49,343 nucleotides of DNA from Stellaceae bacterium (lineage in GTDB: Bacteria > Pseudomonadota > Alphaproteobacteria > ATCC43930 > CGMCC-115725): the NCBI GenBank assembly GCA_035632515.1, contig DASQGR010000149.1, positions 1 through 49,343 of the forward strand, read 5' to 3'. The translations under genes and the position numbers were made by a program. The notes below the pieces were generated by a model. That model was not told the origin of the DNA. It saw only the letters and a list, made by a program, of their open reading frames with translations, and did no database searches. Within the stretch, counting starts at the first letter, position 1. The number at the start of each line of letters is the position of its first letter. This document shows, piece after piece, positions 26,602 through 35,225 of this stretch.

Positions 26602-27207
26602 GTGTCGATTTCCACTGTTGTTCCGATCGGATTGGTCGAGCGCGCGACCGCGCGATCGCCTGTTCTTGCTCTCCCGATCCTCCCCCAAATCGAGCCCGGT
26701 CAGCTCTGGCTGATCGAGCTTGCGACGGCGCAGGATCCGCCCGCCGCGCCGCTGCGCCAGGCGATCGACCAGGCCAATGTCGTTATCTACGACCGGGCAT
26801 TTGCCGATTTCGTCGCCGCGTCGCTGCCGCTCGGCAACTATGCCGAGCCTGCCGCCAGCACTGACGAGGCGGGCGATCCGGCAGCGGCGCGCGCGGTGCG
26901 CTTTGCCTGCGACGGCTGGAGCGTCGCCCGCCTAGTGCCGCCCCACCCGACGCAGCGCGAGCGCATCGTCCGTGTTCGCCGGCTCGTCGAGGAACTCGCC
27001 GCGACCAAGGCGCCGGGCGATGTGCCGGTGACGGTTGTCGGCGAACTTGCCGATGGTGTCTTCGAGCCGACCGAGACCCGGCTCGACCGGCTCGACCTGG
27101 TCGTCGTCACCTATCCGCGCGATGCGCGCCTGACGATCGTCGTCGGCGACGTCGGCGGCACCGCGGCGCGGCTCCATGCCGTCGCCGCCAACGGGCTCGC
27201 CGGCTGA
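26602..27207 (+). CDS. degenerate tetrapyrrole (uroporphyrin-III C) methylase-like protein
   Basis: GTG start 8 nt after AAGGAG. LWLIELATAQDPPAAPLRQAIDQANVVIYDRAF parallels the CobA/CysG N-terminus (VYLVGAGPGDPELLT...ADVVLYDRLV), but the Gly-rich GAGPGD loop is replaced. At 201 aa it is shorter than canonical methylases. Confidence 0.5.
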   Translation: MSISTVVPIGLVERATARSPVLALPILPQIEPGQLWLIELATAQDPPAAPLRQAIDQANVVIYDRAFADFVAASLPLGNYAEPAASTDEAGDPAAARAVRFACDGWSVARLVPPHPTQRERIVRVRRLVEELAATKAPGDVPVTVVGELADGVFEPTETRLDRLDLVVVTYPRDARLTIVVGDVGGTAARLHAVAANGLAG

Positions 27208-27219
27208 GCTGGCTGCTCG

Positions 27220-27303
27220 ATGCATCGGCTCGGCGGCGCCGTCCTCGTCCTCGTGGTATTTTTTGGCGTGCTTTGGGCGGTCGGGCTGCTCCGACCGTTT
27301 TAA
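27220..27303 (+). CDS. possible 27-aa hydrophobic micro-protein
   Basis: Hand-translated MHRLGGAVLVLVVFFGVLWAVGLLRPF-stop, lying between the methylase-like gene and hemD. No homology was recognised. Confidence 0.2.
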   Translation: MHRLGGAVLVLVVFFGVLWAVGLLRPF

Positions 27304-27334
27304 GGGCGCAACACCCTTGCGGACGGTGCCCGGG

Positions 27335-28144
27335 ATGAGTGCTGCGTTAACCGGCCGGCGGGTCGTCGTTCCCGAGACGCGTGAGATCGAGCTGCTGGCC
27401 GGCATGCTGGAAAAGCACGGTGCCACGGTGGTGCGCTGCCCGCTGGTGGCGATCCGCGACGTCGCCGACCCGGCGCCGGTAATCGGCTGGATCGAGCGTT
27501 TCGTCGCAAGCCCGCCCGCCGATGCGATCCTCTTTACCGGGGAGGGGCTGCAACGCCTGCACCGGCTCGCCGAGGGTGCCGGGCTTGGCGAAAAATTCGT
27601 CGCGGCGCTCGGTCGGGTGCGCACGATCGCCCGCGGCCCCAAGCCGGCGCGGCGGCTGCGCGAGTTGGGGCTGAAGGTTGATTTGCCGGTCGAGCCGGCG
27701 ACCACGGCCGGAATCATCGCTGCCTTGTCGGCGGAAGACCTCTGCGGGCGGCGGATCGCGGTGCAGCTCTATCCCGACGCGCCGCAGGGGCTGCTGGCGT
27801 TCCTCGCCGAGAGGGGGGCCCAGGCCGACCCCGTCGTGCCCTACGCGTATGCTTCGGCCGCCGATGCGGAGCGGGTCGTCGCGATGATCGGCGAGATGGC
27901 GCGCGGCGAGGTCGATCTGGTCGCCTTTACCAGCTCGCCGCAATTGCGCCGCCTGCGCCAGGTGGCCCGGGCCCACGGCTGCGAGGCAGCGCTCGCCGAG
28001 GGCTTCGCCAAGACCAAGCTGGCTGCGGTCGGCCCGGTTGTCGCGGCGGCGATCGAAGCGGAAGGCGGTACGGTCGCAGTTGCGCCGCCGGCCAATTTCC
28101 ACCTGCGCCCGATGGTCAACGCCATTGTCGAGGCGCTGGGGTAG
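27335..28144 (+). CDS. hemD: uroporphyrinogen-III synthase
   Basis: 269 aa from ATG 27335. LTGRRVVVPETREIELLAGMLEKHGATVVRCPLV, DAILFTGEGLQRL, VDLVAFTSSPQL and KLAAVGPVVAAAIEAEG follow the two-lobed HemD pattern. Confidence 0.8.
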   Translation: MSAALTGRRVVVPETREIELLAGMLEKHGATVVRCPLVAIRDVADPAPVIGWIERFVASPPADAILFTGEGLQRLHRLAEGAGLGEKFVAALGRVRTIARGPKPARRLRELGLKVDLPVEPATTAGIIAALSAEDLCGRRIAVQLYPDAPQGLLAFLAERGAQADPVVPYAYASAADAERVVAMIGEMARGEVDLVAFTSSPQLRRLRQVARAHGCEAALAEGFAKTKLAAVGPVVAAAIEAEGGTVAVAPPANFHLRPMVNAIVEALG

Positions 28145-28217
28145 GAGGCCGGACAAGCCCGCGCGCGCTGCGAGACGCACCCTGCCGGCGGATTTCACGA
28201 CACCAAGAGGGCTGGCG

Positions 28218-29579
28218 TCAGCCGGCCCTGATCTCGTTCGCCGTCGCCCGGGCCCGTACCGCCGCCTCGCGGGCCATGTCGGCGCACAGGCCGGTGTAGG
28301 CGGTGGGGTCGAGCAGCGCGGCGATCTGTTTTGCGTCGAGATGGGCGGTCACCCGCTGGTCGGCCGCCAACAGCTCGGCGAAGGATTTGTGCTCGACCGC
28401 CGCCTCCATCGCCGCGTCGTAGACGACATCGTGGGCATGCTGGCGGCCGATCGCGGCGCCGAGGTCGAGCATCACCGCCTCGGCCATGATGAGGCCGCCG
28501 CCCAGGTCGAGATTGGCGCGCATCCGCGCCGGGTCGAGCTTCAGCCCGCGCAATATCTCGACCAGCCGGCTCAGCATGTCGCCGGTGGCGATGCAGGCGC
28601 GCGATTCGGCCGAATCCATCATCAGGCTGGTGGTGCGGTCGGCCTCATGCTCGGTCTGCATCGCTTCCAGGGCGAACGGCACGATCGCGCGAATCTCGGC
28701 CGCTGCGGCGATGATGTCCTGGCACAGCTTGGGGTTGCGCTTCTGCGGCATCGTCGAGCTGCCGACCGTGCCCGGCGGCACCGGCTCCTCGACCTCGCCG
28801 AACTCGGTCTTCATCAGCGTATAGATCTCGCGGCCGATCTGGCCGCAGGTCGCCGCCAGCATGCCGAGCAGGCAGATGTTCTCGGCAAGATGATCGAGGA
28901 TCACCCGCGACGGCACCGTCATCGAGTTGAACCCGAGCTGCCTGCCGATGCCGGCCTGCACCGGCGGCCCGTTCTTGCCGAGCGAGGCGAAGGTGCCGGC
29001 GCCGCCGCCCAGCATCGCGACAAAGATGCGCGGCGCCGCCTGATGGAAGCGCTCGACGTGGCGGATCAGCTGGTCGACCCACACCGCGACCTTGTAGCCA
29101 AAGGTCGCCGGCACCGCATGCTGGCCGTGGGTGCGGCCGGGGATCGGCATCTCGGCGCCGCGCTCGGCGAGGTCGGCGGCCGCGGCGAGGGCGTCGGCAA
29201 TCAGGCCGAGAAAGATGCCGTGCGCCTGGCGCAGCACCAGCAGGTCGCCGGTCTGGGTGATGTTCTGCGTCGTGGCGCCCCAATGCACCCAGCCGCCATG
29301 CGGCTCGCCGACGACGCGCGACAGCTCCCACACCAGCGGCACGATCGTATGGCCGGTGCGGGCGAAGCCCTCGTCGAGCCGGGCGCGGTCCATCAAGTCG
29401 TAATGCGCCGCCTTGGCGATCGCCTCGGCCGCCGCCGCCGGGATGATGCCGAGCTCGGCCTGGGCCCGGGCCAGCGCCGCCTCGACATCGAGCCAGGCCT
29501 GCCAGCGGTTTTCCAGGCGGTAGAGCGCGCGGATGCCGGGATCGGACACGCGCGCGGCGGTCGGGAGTTCATCGCTCAT
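28218..29579 (-). CDS. class II lyase (3-carboxy-cis,cis-muconate cycloisomerase / adenylosuccinate lyase family)
   Basis: 453-aa ORF with the family signature GSSTMPQKRNP, plus WGATTQNITQTGD and TFGYK motifs. Confidence 0.88.
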   Translation of the reverse strand: MSDELPTAARVSDPGIRALYRLENRWQAWLDVEAALARAQAELGIIPAAAAEAIAKAAHYDLMDRARLDEGFARTGHTIVPLVWELSRVVGEPHGGWVHWGATTQNITQTGDLLVLRQAHGIFLGLIADALAAAADLAERGAEMPIPGRTHGQHAVPATFGYKVAVWVDQLIRHVERFHQAAPRIFVAMLGGGAGTFASLGKNGPPVQAGIGRQLGFNSMTVPSRVILDHLAENICLLGMLAATCGQIGREIYTLMKTEFGEVEEPVPPGTVGSSTMPQKRNPKLCQDIIAAAAEIRAIVPFALEAMQTEHEADRTTSLMMDSAESRACIATGDMLSRLVEILRGLKLDPARMRANLDLGGGLIMAEAVMLDLGAAIGRQHAHDVVYDAAMEAAVEHKSFAELLAADQRVTAHLDAKQIAALLDPTAYTGLCADMAREAAVRARATANEIRAG

Positions 29580-29694
29580 CTGGGTTCCTCCCTGGGGGAT
29601 CGAGCGTCATATATCACTAACCGTGCGTCTTTAGGTTGACGACCGGCGGCTGCCCGGTCACAGGATCGGGCGGCATCAGCGGAGAGGTAAGGAC

Positions 29695-30285
29695 ATGCCC
29701 CACCCGACGATTTACTTGGCCCGTCACGGCGAGACGGAATGGAGCCTTTCCGGCCAGCATACCGGGCTCACCGACCTGCCGCTGACCCCGCATGGCGAGG
29801 AGCTGGCGCGCAAGCTGGCGCCGCGGCTCAAAGGCATGAGCTTTGCCAAGGTGTTCACCAGCCCGCTGCAGCGCGCCAAGCGGACTTGCGAGCTCGCCGG
29901 TTTCGCCGCCCGGGCCGAGATCATGCCCGAGCTCGTCGAATGGAATTACGGTGATTACGAGGGGATCAAGACTCACGACATCCACAAGGATCGCCCGGAC
30001 TGGCAGCTCTTCGACCACGGCGCCCCCGGCGGCGAATCGGTCGATCAGGTTACCGCCCGCGCCGGCCGCGTCATCGCCCGCCTGCGCGAGATCGACGGCA
30101 ATGTGCTGTGCTTTTCGAGCGGCCACTTCCTGCGCGCCTTGGCCGGCACCTGGCTGGGGTTCGGCGCCGCCGGCGGCCGCTATCTGATGCTCAGCACCAC
30201 CAGCCTCAGCGCGCTGAGCTACGAGCACAATGTGCAGGAACCGGTGCTCAAGCTGTGGAACGACACGGCGCATTTGAGCGGGTGA
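29695..30285 (+). CDS. histidine phosphatase (phosphoglycerate mutase-like) family protein
   Basis: Catalytic RHGET motif (LARHGETEWS), LTPHGEELA, and SPLQRAKRT. Confidence 0.88.
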   Translation: MPHPTIYLARHGETEWSLSGQHTGLTDLPLTPHGEELARKLAPRLKGMSFAKVFTSPLQRAKRTCELAGFAARAEIMPELVEWNYGDYEGIKTHDIHKDRPDWQLFDHGAPGGESVDQVTARAGRVIARLREIDGNVLCFSSGHFLRALAGTWLGFGAAGGRYLMLSTTSLSALSYEHNVQEPVLKLWNDTAHLSG

Positions 30286-30348
30286 CCGAGCGCGTCGGTG
30301 CATCCGCGCCGATGACGGGCCGCAGCCGTTTGCGCGCGTGACGGGCGC

Positions 30349-31527
30349 CTACAGCCTCACCATCCCCATCCACCACTGGGTCCGGCCGCCGACATCGATG
30401 TCGTATTTGCGGACGAAATCGAGCTTGCCGTCATCGCCGATGCGAAACACCGAGAGGCAGCACGGCACTTCGCGGAATCCCGCGCCCTCCTTGACGGTGA
30501 TGCCCTGGATGTGGGCGGCCACCAGCATTCGTCCGCTCGGATCGATGTGAAAGGTGCGGCAATGGATGCCGCGAGTGTCGACGTGCTGGATCGCATTCGG
30601 CTCGCCGGTCGCCGGATCGATGGCAAAAACCGCGAGCGTGTTTTCGCCGCCGGCGAAGACGCTGCGGCCCTCGACCGGCACCGCGGTCGAGGCGCGATTC
30701 GCGACGTAGACGAACTTGCCGCTGGGATGGACATGCACGGTGCCGACCGCCTGGCGCGCGCCCGGCGGGACCGGCTGCGACAGGGTCGACTTGCGGAACG
30801 CCGCCTCCGGGGTCAGCGCGCCGTTGTTCAAGGGAAACATGTCGACCCGATTCTCGCGTTCGAGCGAGACATAGACCCACGGCCGGGCCGGGTGGAAATC
30901 GAGGTGGCGCGGGCCGAAGCCGTAGCCGCCATTGGGCGCGATCGAGACTTCCCGGCTTAACATCCCGGCGTTGTAGTCGAAGACCTTGAGCGCGCCGGGC
31001 TCCTCGGGCCTGGCGCCGGCCGGGTCGTGACCGCGGGTGACCAGAATCACCTGCTTGTTGTCCGGGGTGGCGCGCACCTGATGGGCGAAGATGCCCGGGT
31101 CGATCGTACCCGGCTGCGCCACCTCGACGCCCGGGGTGCCGTCCGGATTGATCCGGTAGATGTGGATCGAGCTTGGGTTGTTGAACGCGACCAGCGCGTG
31201 CTCGCTGGGGATGTCGGTCGCCATGTGGATCGGGCGGGTCGGCAGCGGGATCGAGGCCCCGTGCGGCGACAAGGCGCCCGAGCCCGGGTCGATTCGCAGC
31301 GCGGTGAGGCGATGATTCGTGCCGGCGGGCCCCATGCCCGAGGCGCTATCGCTGGTAGCGACGTAAAGAAAGGGCTGCGAGGCGTGCGGCCATGCGTATT
31401 GCACATTCGCCGGCAGCGATACCGTACCGCGTCGGGTCAGCGCGGCGCCGGCGACATCGACGTCGTAATGCGTCAGCTCGGCGCCGATATTAGCGTAAAG
31501 CGCGATTTTTGCTGCGGATGCGGGCAT
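30349..31527 (-). CDS. lactonase, 7-bladed beta-propeller family
   Basis: 392-aa ORF with repeated blade-like units (PFLYVATSDS, HALVAFNNPSSIHIY, KQVILVTRGHD, PWVYVSLEREN, KFVYVANRAS, RMLVAAHIQG), typical of the 6-phosphogluconolactonase / muconate lactonizing propeller family. Confidence 0.8.
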   Translation of the reverse strand: MPASAAKIALYANIGAELTHYDVDVAGAALTRRGTVSLPANVQYAWPHASQPFLYVATSDSASGMGPAGTNHRLTALRIDPGSGALSPHGASIPLPTRPIHMATDIPSEHALVAFNNPSSIHIYRINPDGTPGVEVAQPGTIDPGIFAHQVRATPDNKQVILVTRGHDPAGARPEEPGALKVFDYNAGMLSREVSIAPNGGYGFGPRHLDFHPARPWVYVSLERENRVDMFPLNNGALTPEAAFRKSTLSQPVPPGARQAVGTVHVHPSGKFVYVANRASTAVPVEGRSVFAGGENTLAVFAIDPATGEPNAIQHVDTRGIHCRTFHIDPSGRMLVAAHIQGITVKEGAGFREVPCCLSVFRIGDDGKLDFVRKYDIDVGGRTQWWMGMVRL

Positions 31528-31675
31528 CGCGGCTGCCTCCCTGGCAATTGATCAAAATCCGGACGATGACGGCCGGTCGCGGAACCGGCCGGGGCATGTC
31601 GGCGAGAGGGTGCCCGCTTCGAGCGATGCCGGCAAGACGGTGCATAAATGCGAAATAGCCCTACCTTTCGGAGTG

Positions 31676-31701
31676 CCCAGTTGGTAGATTCTTCAACTGG
31701 G
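31676..31701 (+). promoter_or_regulatory. inverted repeat in the leader or promoter of the redox operon
   Basis: CCCAGTTG-gtagattctt-CAACTGGG has 8-bp perfect arms and lies about 72 nt upstream of the TTG start at 31773. A second hairpin, GGCCGC-gagaa-GCGGCC, is at 31720-31736. A candidate extended -10 (TGCATAAAT) is at about 31650. Confidence 0.3.
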
Positions 31702-31772
31702 GATGGGGTGCCGGACGGCGGCCGCGAGAAGCGGCCCTGGAGCTGGCGAAAACCTGAAAATCGGGAAGCGCG

Positions 31773-34223
31773 TTGGCCGCAGATTTCAAGGTTGTCATCA
31801 TTGGCTCCGGACCGGCCGGCTTGAGCGCCGCCGTTCACGCCGCCAAGGGCGGCGTGTCCCATGTGCTGCTCGAGCGTACCGACCACATCAACAACACCAT
31901 CTTCCGCTATCAAAAGCGCAAGCACGTGATGGCGACCCCCGAGGTCCTGCCGCTGCGCAGCGACCTCGAGTTCGAGGAGGAGTCGCGCGAGGAGTTGATC
32001 GACAGTTGGACCGGGGGTTCCACCGCAGCGGGGATCAACATCCGGTTCAACACCGAGGTGTCGGCGATCAAGGGCGAGAAGGGCAATTTCCAGGTTCAGC
32101 TCGTTGGCGGCGGGGTGATCTCCGCCGAATACGTCGTCCTCGCCATCGGGGTGCAGGGCAATTTCAACCGGTTGAGGGTTCCCGGCGCCGATCTGCCTTT
32201 CGTCCAGTACCAGCTCGACGATCCCGACGAATACCGGGAGGAGAAGATCGCGGTCATCGGGGTCGGCGATGCCGGCATCGAGAACGCGCTGGCGCTGGCG
32301 ACCAACAACGAAGTCTACGTGCTCAACCAGAAGGACGACTTCCCGCGGGCCAAGGCCGGCAATCGCGCGCTGATCATGGCCGCGGTTGCCAAGAACCCGG
32401 ACGAGGCGGGCTCGATCAACCACGTCGTCAACGTCGAGACGCAGGAAATCGTCGCCGGCCCGCCGGGCCAGCCCGGCGAACTGGTGCTGCACCGCGCCGA
32501 CGGCGCAACGGTGCGCGTCGCGTGCAACCGGGTCATCGCGCGCATCGGCGCACAGCCGCCGCGCCGCTTTCTCGAAGATTGCGGCATCGTCTTCACCAGC
32601 GCCGACCGCAACGCCATCCCGGAGGTGTCGGAGACCTACGAATCAGGGGTCAAGGGACTCTATATAATAGGGGCGCTGGCCGGGTACCCGCTGATCAAGC
32701 ATTGCCTCAACCAGGGCTACGAGGTCATCGAGTACATCCTCGGCAACGAGCTCCCGCCGGCCGACGAGCCGCTGATCCAGGCAAAGCTGACCCCCGAGAA
32801 GATACGTGTCCTCGATCCGAGCAAGGACGCGATGACCGGCGCCGAGCTGATCGGCTACATCAGAGCACGGGCGCCGATGTTTTCGGGCCTCAAGCCGATC
32901 CAGATCCGCGAATTCCTGATCCATGCGGAGCTGCATCGGCTGCAGCCCGGCGACGTCGTCTTCCGCCGGGGCGAGTCGACCAATTCGCTGTACACCATCC
33001 TCGACGGTCAGGTCGGCATCCAGATCGACCCGACCAATCCGGCGGAGATGGTTCATCTCGGACCCGGCCAGTTCTTTGGCGAGATGGGGCTGATCTCCGG
33101 CCGCAAGCGCACCGCCACGGTCGTCGCCGCCCAGCCGAGCCTGTTGCTCGAAGTCGACCGCAACACGATGATCCGGCTGGAGCGTTCGGAAGCATCGATC
33201 AAGCAGGCCATCGATTCGGCCGCCGTGATTCGCCAGATCAAGACGTTCCTGGCCCCGCAGGTCGAAGACAGCCTGCTCGCCGAGGTGGTGGCGACCTCCA
33301 AGATCGTCGAATTCAAGCCCGACCAGAAACTGATCGAAGAGGATGCCGAGGACGATGCGGTCTATCTGATTCGCAAGGGCTCGGTGACGGTGTCGATGCG
33401 GGTCGGCGGCAAGGATGTCGTGCTCGCCTATGTCCCGGCCGGCAATTATGTCGGCGAAATGGCGATGATCACCCGCCGCCGCCGTGCCGCAACGGTCACC
33501 GCCGCCAGCGTTACCGAGGCGATCCGCATCGACAGCAGCGCCTTTCGCAAGCTGCTCGACCGCGATCCCGACCTGCGTCGACGGGTCGAGGACAAGCTCG
33601 AGCAGCGGCTGGCCGAGCGCAACCAGATGCAGCAGAACGCCGAGACCGGCGATCTGATCAAATTCCTGGTGCGCGAGGGGCTGGGGGAGGCGACCAACGT
33701 CCTGCTGATCGACGAATCGCTCTGCGTGCGCTGCGACAATTGCGAGAAGGCCTGCGCCGAGACCCATCACGGCGTCAGCCGGCTCAACCGCGAGGCCGGG
33801 CCCACCTTTGCGATGGTGCACGTGCCGACCTCGTGCCGGCATTGCGAAGACCCGCATTGCATGACCGATTGTCCGCCGGACGCGATCCACCGCGCGCCGA
33901 ACGGCGAGGTGTTTATCAACGACCAATGCATCGGCTGCGAGAATTGTAAGAACAACTGTCCCTACGGCGTCATCCAGATGGCGGCGGTGCCGGAAGAAAA
34001 GCCCGGCCTGCTGAGCTGGCTGCTGTTCGGCTGGGGCGCCGGCCCGGGCGAGGACAAATCGCCGGAGGGCATGGCCAAGCGCACCGGCGGCAAGCATGCC
34101 GTCAAATGCGATATGTGCAAGGATCTGGCCGGACCGGCCTGCGTGCGCGCCTGCCCGACCGGCGCGGCGATTCGCGTCGATCCGGCCGGGTTCATCGACG
34201 TCATGCGCCAGGCCCAGGCATGA
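31773..34223 (+). CDS. fusion protein: TrxR-type FAD/NAD(P)H oxidoreductase + two cNMP-binding domains + four-cluster [4Fe-4S] ferredoxin domain
   Basis: 816 aa with a TTG start.
- **aa 4-320:** KVVIIGSGPAGLSAA and KIAVIGVGDAGIE dinucleotide folds, with no redox CxxC.
- **aa ~365-480 and ~495-605:** FGEMGLISGRKRTATV and VGEMAMITRRRRAATV cNMP signatures.
- **aa 651-794:** four Cys motifs, CVRCDNCEKAC, CRHCEDPHCMTDCP, CIGCENCKNNCP and CDMCKDLAGPACVRACP. Confidence 0.85.
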   Translation: MAADFKVVIIGSGPAGLSAAVHAAKGGVSHVLLERTDHINNTIFRYQKRKHVMATPEVLPLRSDLEFEEESREELIDSWTGGSTAAGINIRFNTEVSAIKGEKGNFQVQLVGGGVISAEYVVLAIGVQGNFNRLRVPGADLPFVQYQLDDPDEYREEKIAVIGVGDAGIENALALATNNEVYVLNQKDDFPRAKAGNRALIMAAVAKNPDEAGSINHVVNVETQEIVAGPPGQPGELVLHRADGATVRVACNRVIARIGAQPPRRFLEDCGIVFTSADRNAIPEVSETYESGVKGLYIIGALAGYPLIKHCLNQGYEVIEYILGNELPPADEPLIQAKLTPEKIRVLDPSKDAMTGAELIGYIRARAPMFSGLKPIQIREFLIHAELHRLQPGDVVFRRGESTNSLYTILDGQVGIQIDPTNPAEMVHLGPGQFFGEMGLISGRKRTATVVAAQPSLLLEVDRNTMIRLERSEASIKQAIDSAAVIRQIKTFLAPQVEDSLLAEVVATSKIVEFKPDQKLIEEDAEDDAVYLIRKGSVTVSMRVGGKDVVLAYVPAGNYVGEMAMITRRRRAATVTAASVTEAIRIDSSAFRKLLDRDPDLRRRVEDKLEQRLAERNQMQQNAETGDLIKFLVREGLGEATNVLLIDESLCVRCDNCEKACAETHHGVSRLNREAGPTFAMVHVPTSCRHCEDPHCMTDCPPDAIHRAPNGEVFINDQCIGCENCKNNCPYGVIQMAAVPEEKPGLLSWLLFGWGAGPGEDKSPEGMAKRTGGKHAVKCDMCKDLAGPACVRACPTGAAIRVDPAGFIDVMRQAQA

Positions 34224-35155
34224 GCGTCAGCGAACAGGCGGCCGCTCGGCCCAACGCCGCTTCCGCCGCCGCGCCGCGAACGGACCGGCACACCTCCTTC
34301 CTCGCCTATGAAGGGTATCGCTATCTGAAATGGGCGCTCGCCGCGGTGGTGGCGGCGATCCTGCTTTATTGGCTGGTGCCGCCCTACGGCGCGCGCTACG
34401 GCGGCGGCTGGGCCGGGTACACGCTGGGGACGGTGGGCGCCCTGCTGATCCTGTGGCTGACCTGGTTCGGCTATCGCAAGCGCACCTATGCCTCGAGCCT
34501 GGCCGGCGCGGCGGATGTCGGCGGCAATCCCGTCGAGGATCCGAGCCGGCTGGCGCGGCGACTGTCGGCGCATGTCTACCTCGGCAGCGCGCTGCTGGTC
34601 ATCGCGACGCTGCACACCGCGTTCAATTTTCATTGGAACATCCACACCCTGGCCTATGCACTGATGTGCATCGTCATTTTCAGCGGCATGTTCGGGGTTG
34701 TCGCCTATGCCCGCTATCCGCGGCGGATGACCGAGAATCGCGAAAACCTCACCCTGGGGCAGATGCTCACCCGTGTCGGCAGCATTGACGGCGAGTTGCG
34801 CCGCGGCGCGATGCAGCTCGACGATGCGACGGTCGCCATGATCGAGAATACGGTCGAGACGACCGCGATCGGGGGCTCGATGTGGCGGCAATTGTCGGGG
34901 CGCTATCCCCGGTGCACCACCGCCGCGGCGATCGCCCGCATGGATGCGCGCGCCGAGGCGGTCCCGCCCGAGCTGCAGGATGCCTGGCGCCAGACCCGGC
35001 TGAGGCTGGAGGAAAAGGCCGCCCTTCTGACGCGCCTGCGCCGCGACATCCGCTTCAAGGCGATGATGGAGGTGTGGCTCTTCCTGCATGTTCCGCTGAC
35101 CTTCGCCCTGATTGCCGCGCTTGTCGCCCACATCGTCGCGATCTTTTTCCTTTAG
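34220..35155 (+). CDS. 5-TM membrane protein with two H-x13-H pairs (candidate di-haem b-type transmembrane electron carrier)
   Basis: ATG 34220 overlaps the upstream stop (ATGA). TM3 is HVYLGSALLVIATLH (His codons at 34571 and 34613). TM5 is HVPLTFALIAALVAH (His codons at 35087 and 35129). An Arg-rich loop of about 95 aa separates TM4 and TM5. Confidence 0.7.
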   Translation: MSVSEQAAARPNAASAAAPRTDRHTSFLAYEGYRYLKWALAAVVAAILLYWLVPPYGARYGGGWAGYTLGTVGALLILWLTWFGYRKRTYASSLAGAADVGGNPVEDPSRLARRLSAHVYLGSALLVIATLHTAFNFHWNIHTLAYALMCIVIFSGMFGVVAYARYPRRMTENRENLTLGQMLTRVGSIDGELRRGAMQLDDATVAMIENTVETTAIGGSMWRQLSGRYPRCTTAAAIARMDARAEAVPPELQDAWRQTRLRLEEKAALLTRLRRDIRFKAMMEVWLFLHVPLTFALIAALVAHIVAIFFL

Positions 35156-35225
35156 CCCGATGCGGTCTTGAGATCGGCAATGTCCGCTTCCCACTCCCCG
35201 AACTTTCGCGATTGCGGCCGAGCGC

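Noticed and set aside
31546-31560. TTGATCAAAATCC upstream of the lactonase gene, read as an FNR/Crp box for the redox operon
   Set aside because: Only the TTGAT half-site fits; the second half (ATCAA) is absent. The element sits next to the RBS of the divergent lactonase gene, more than 200 nt from the operon start.
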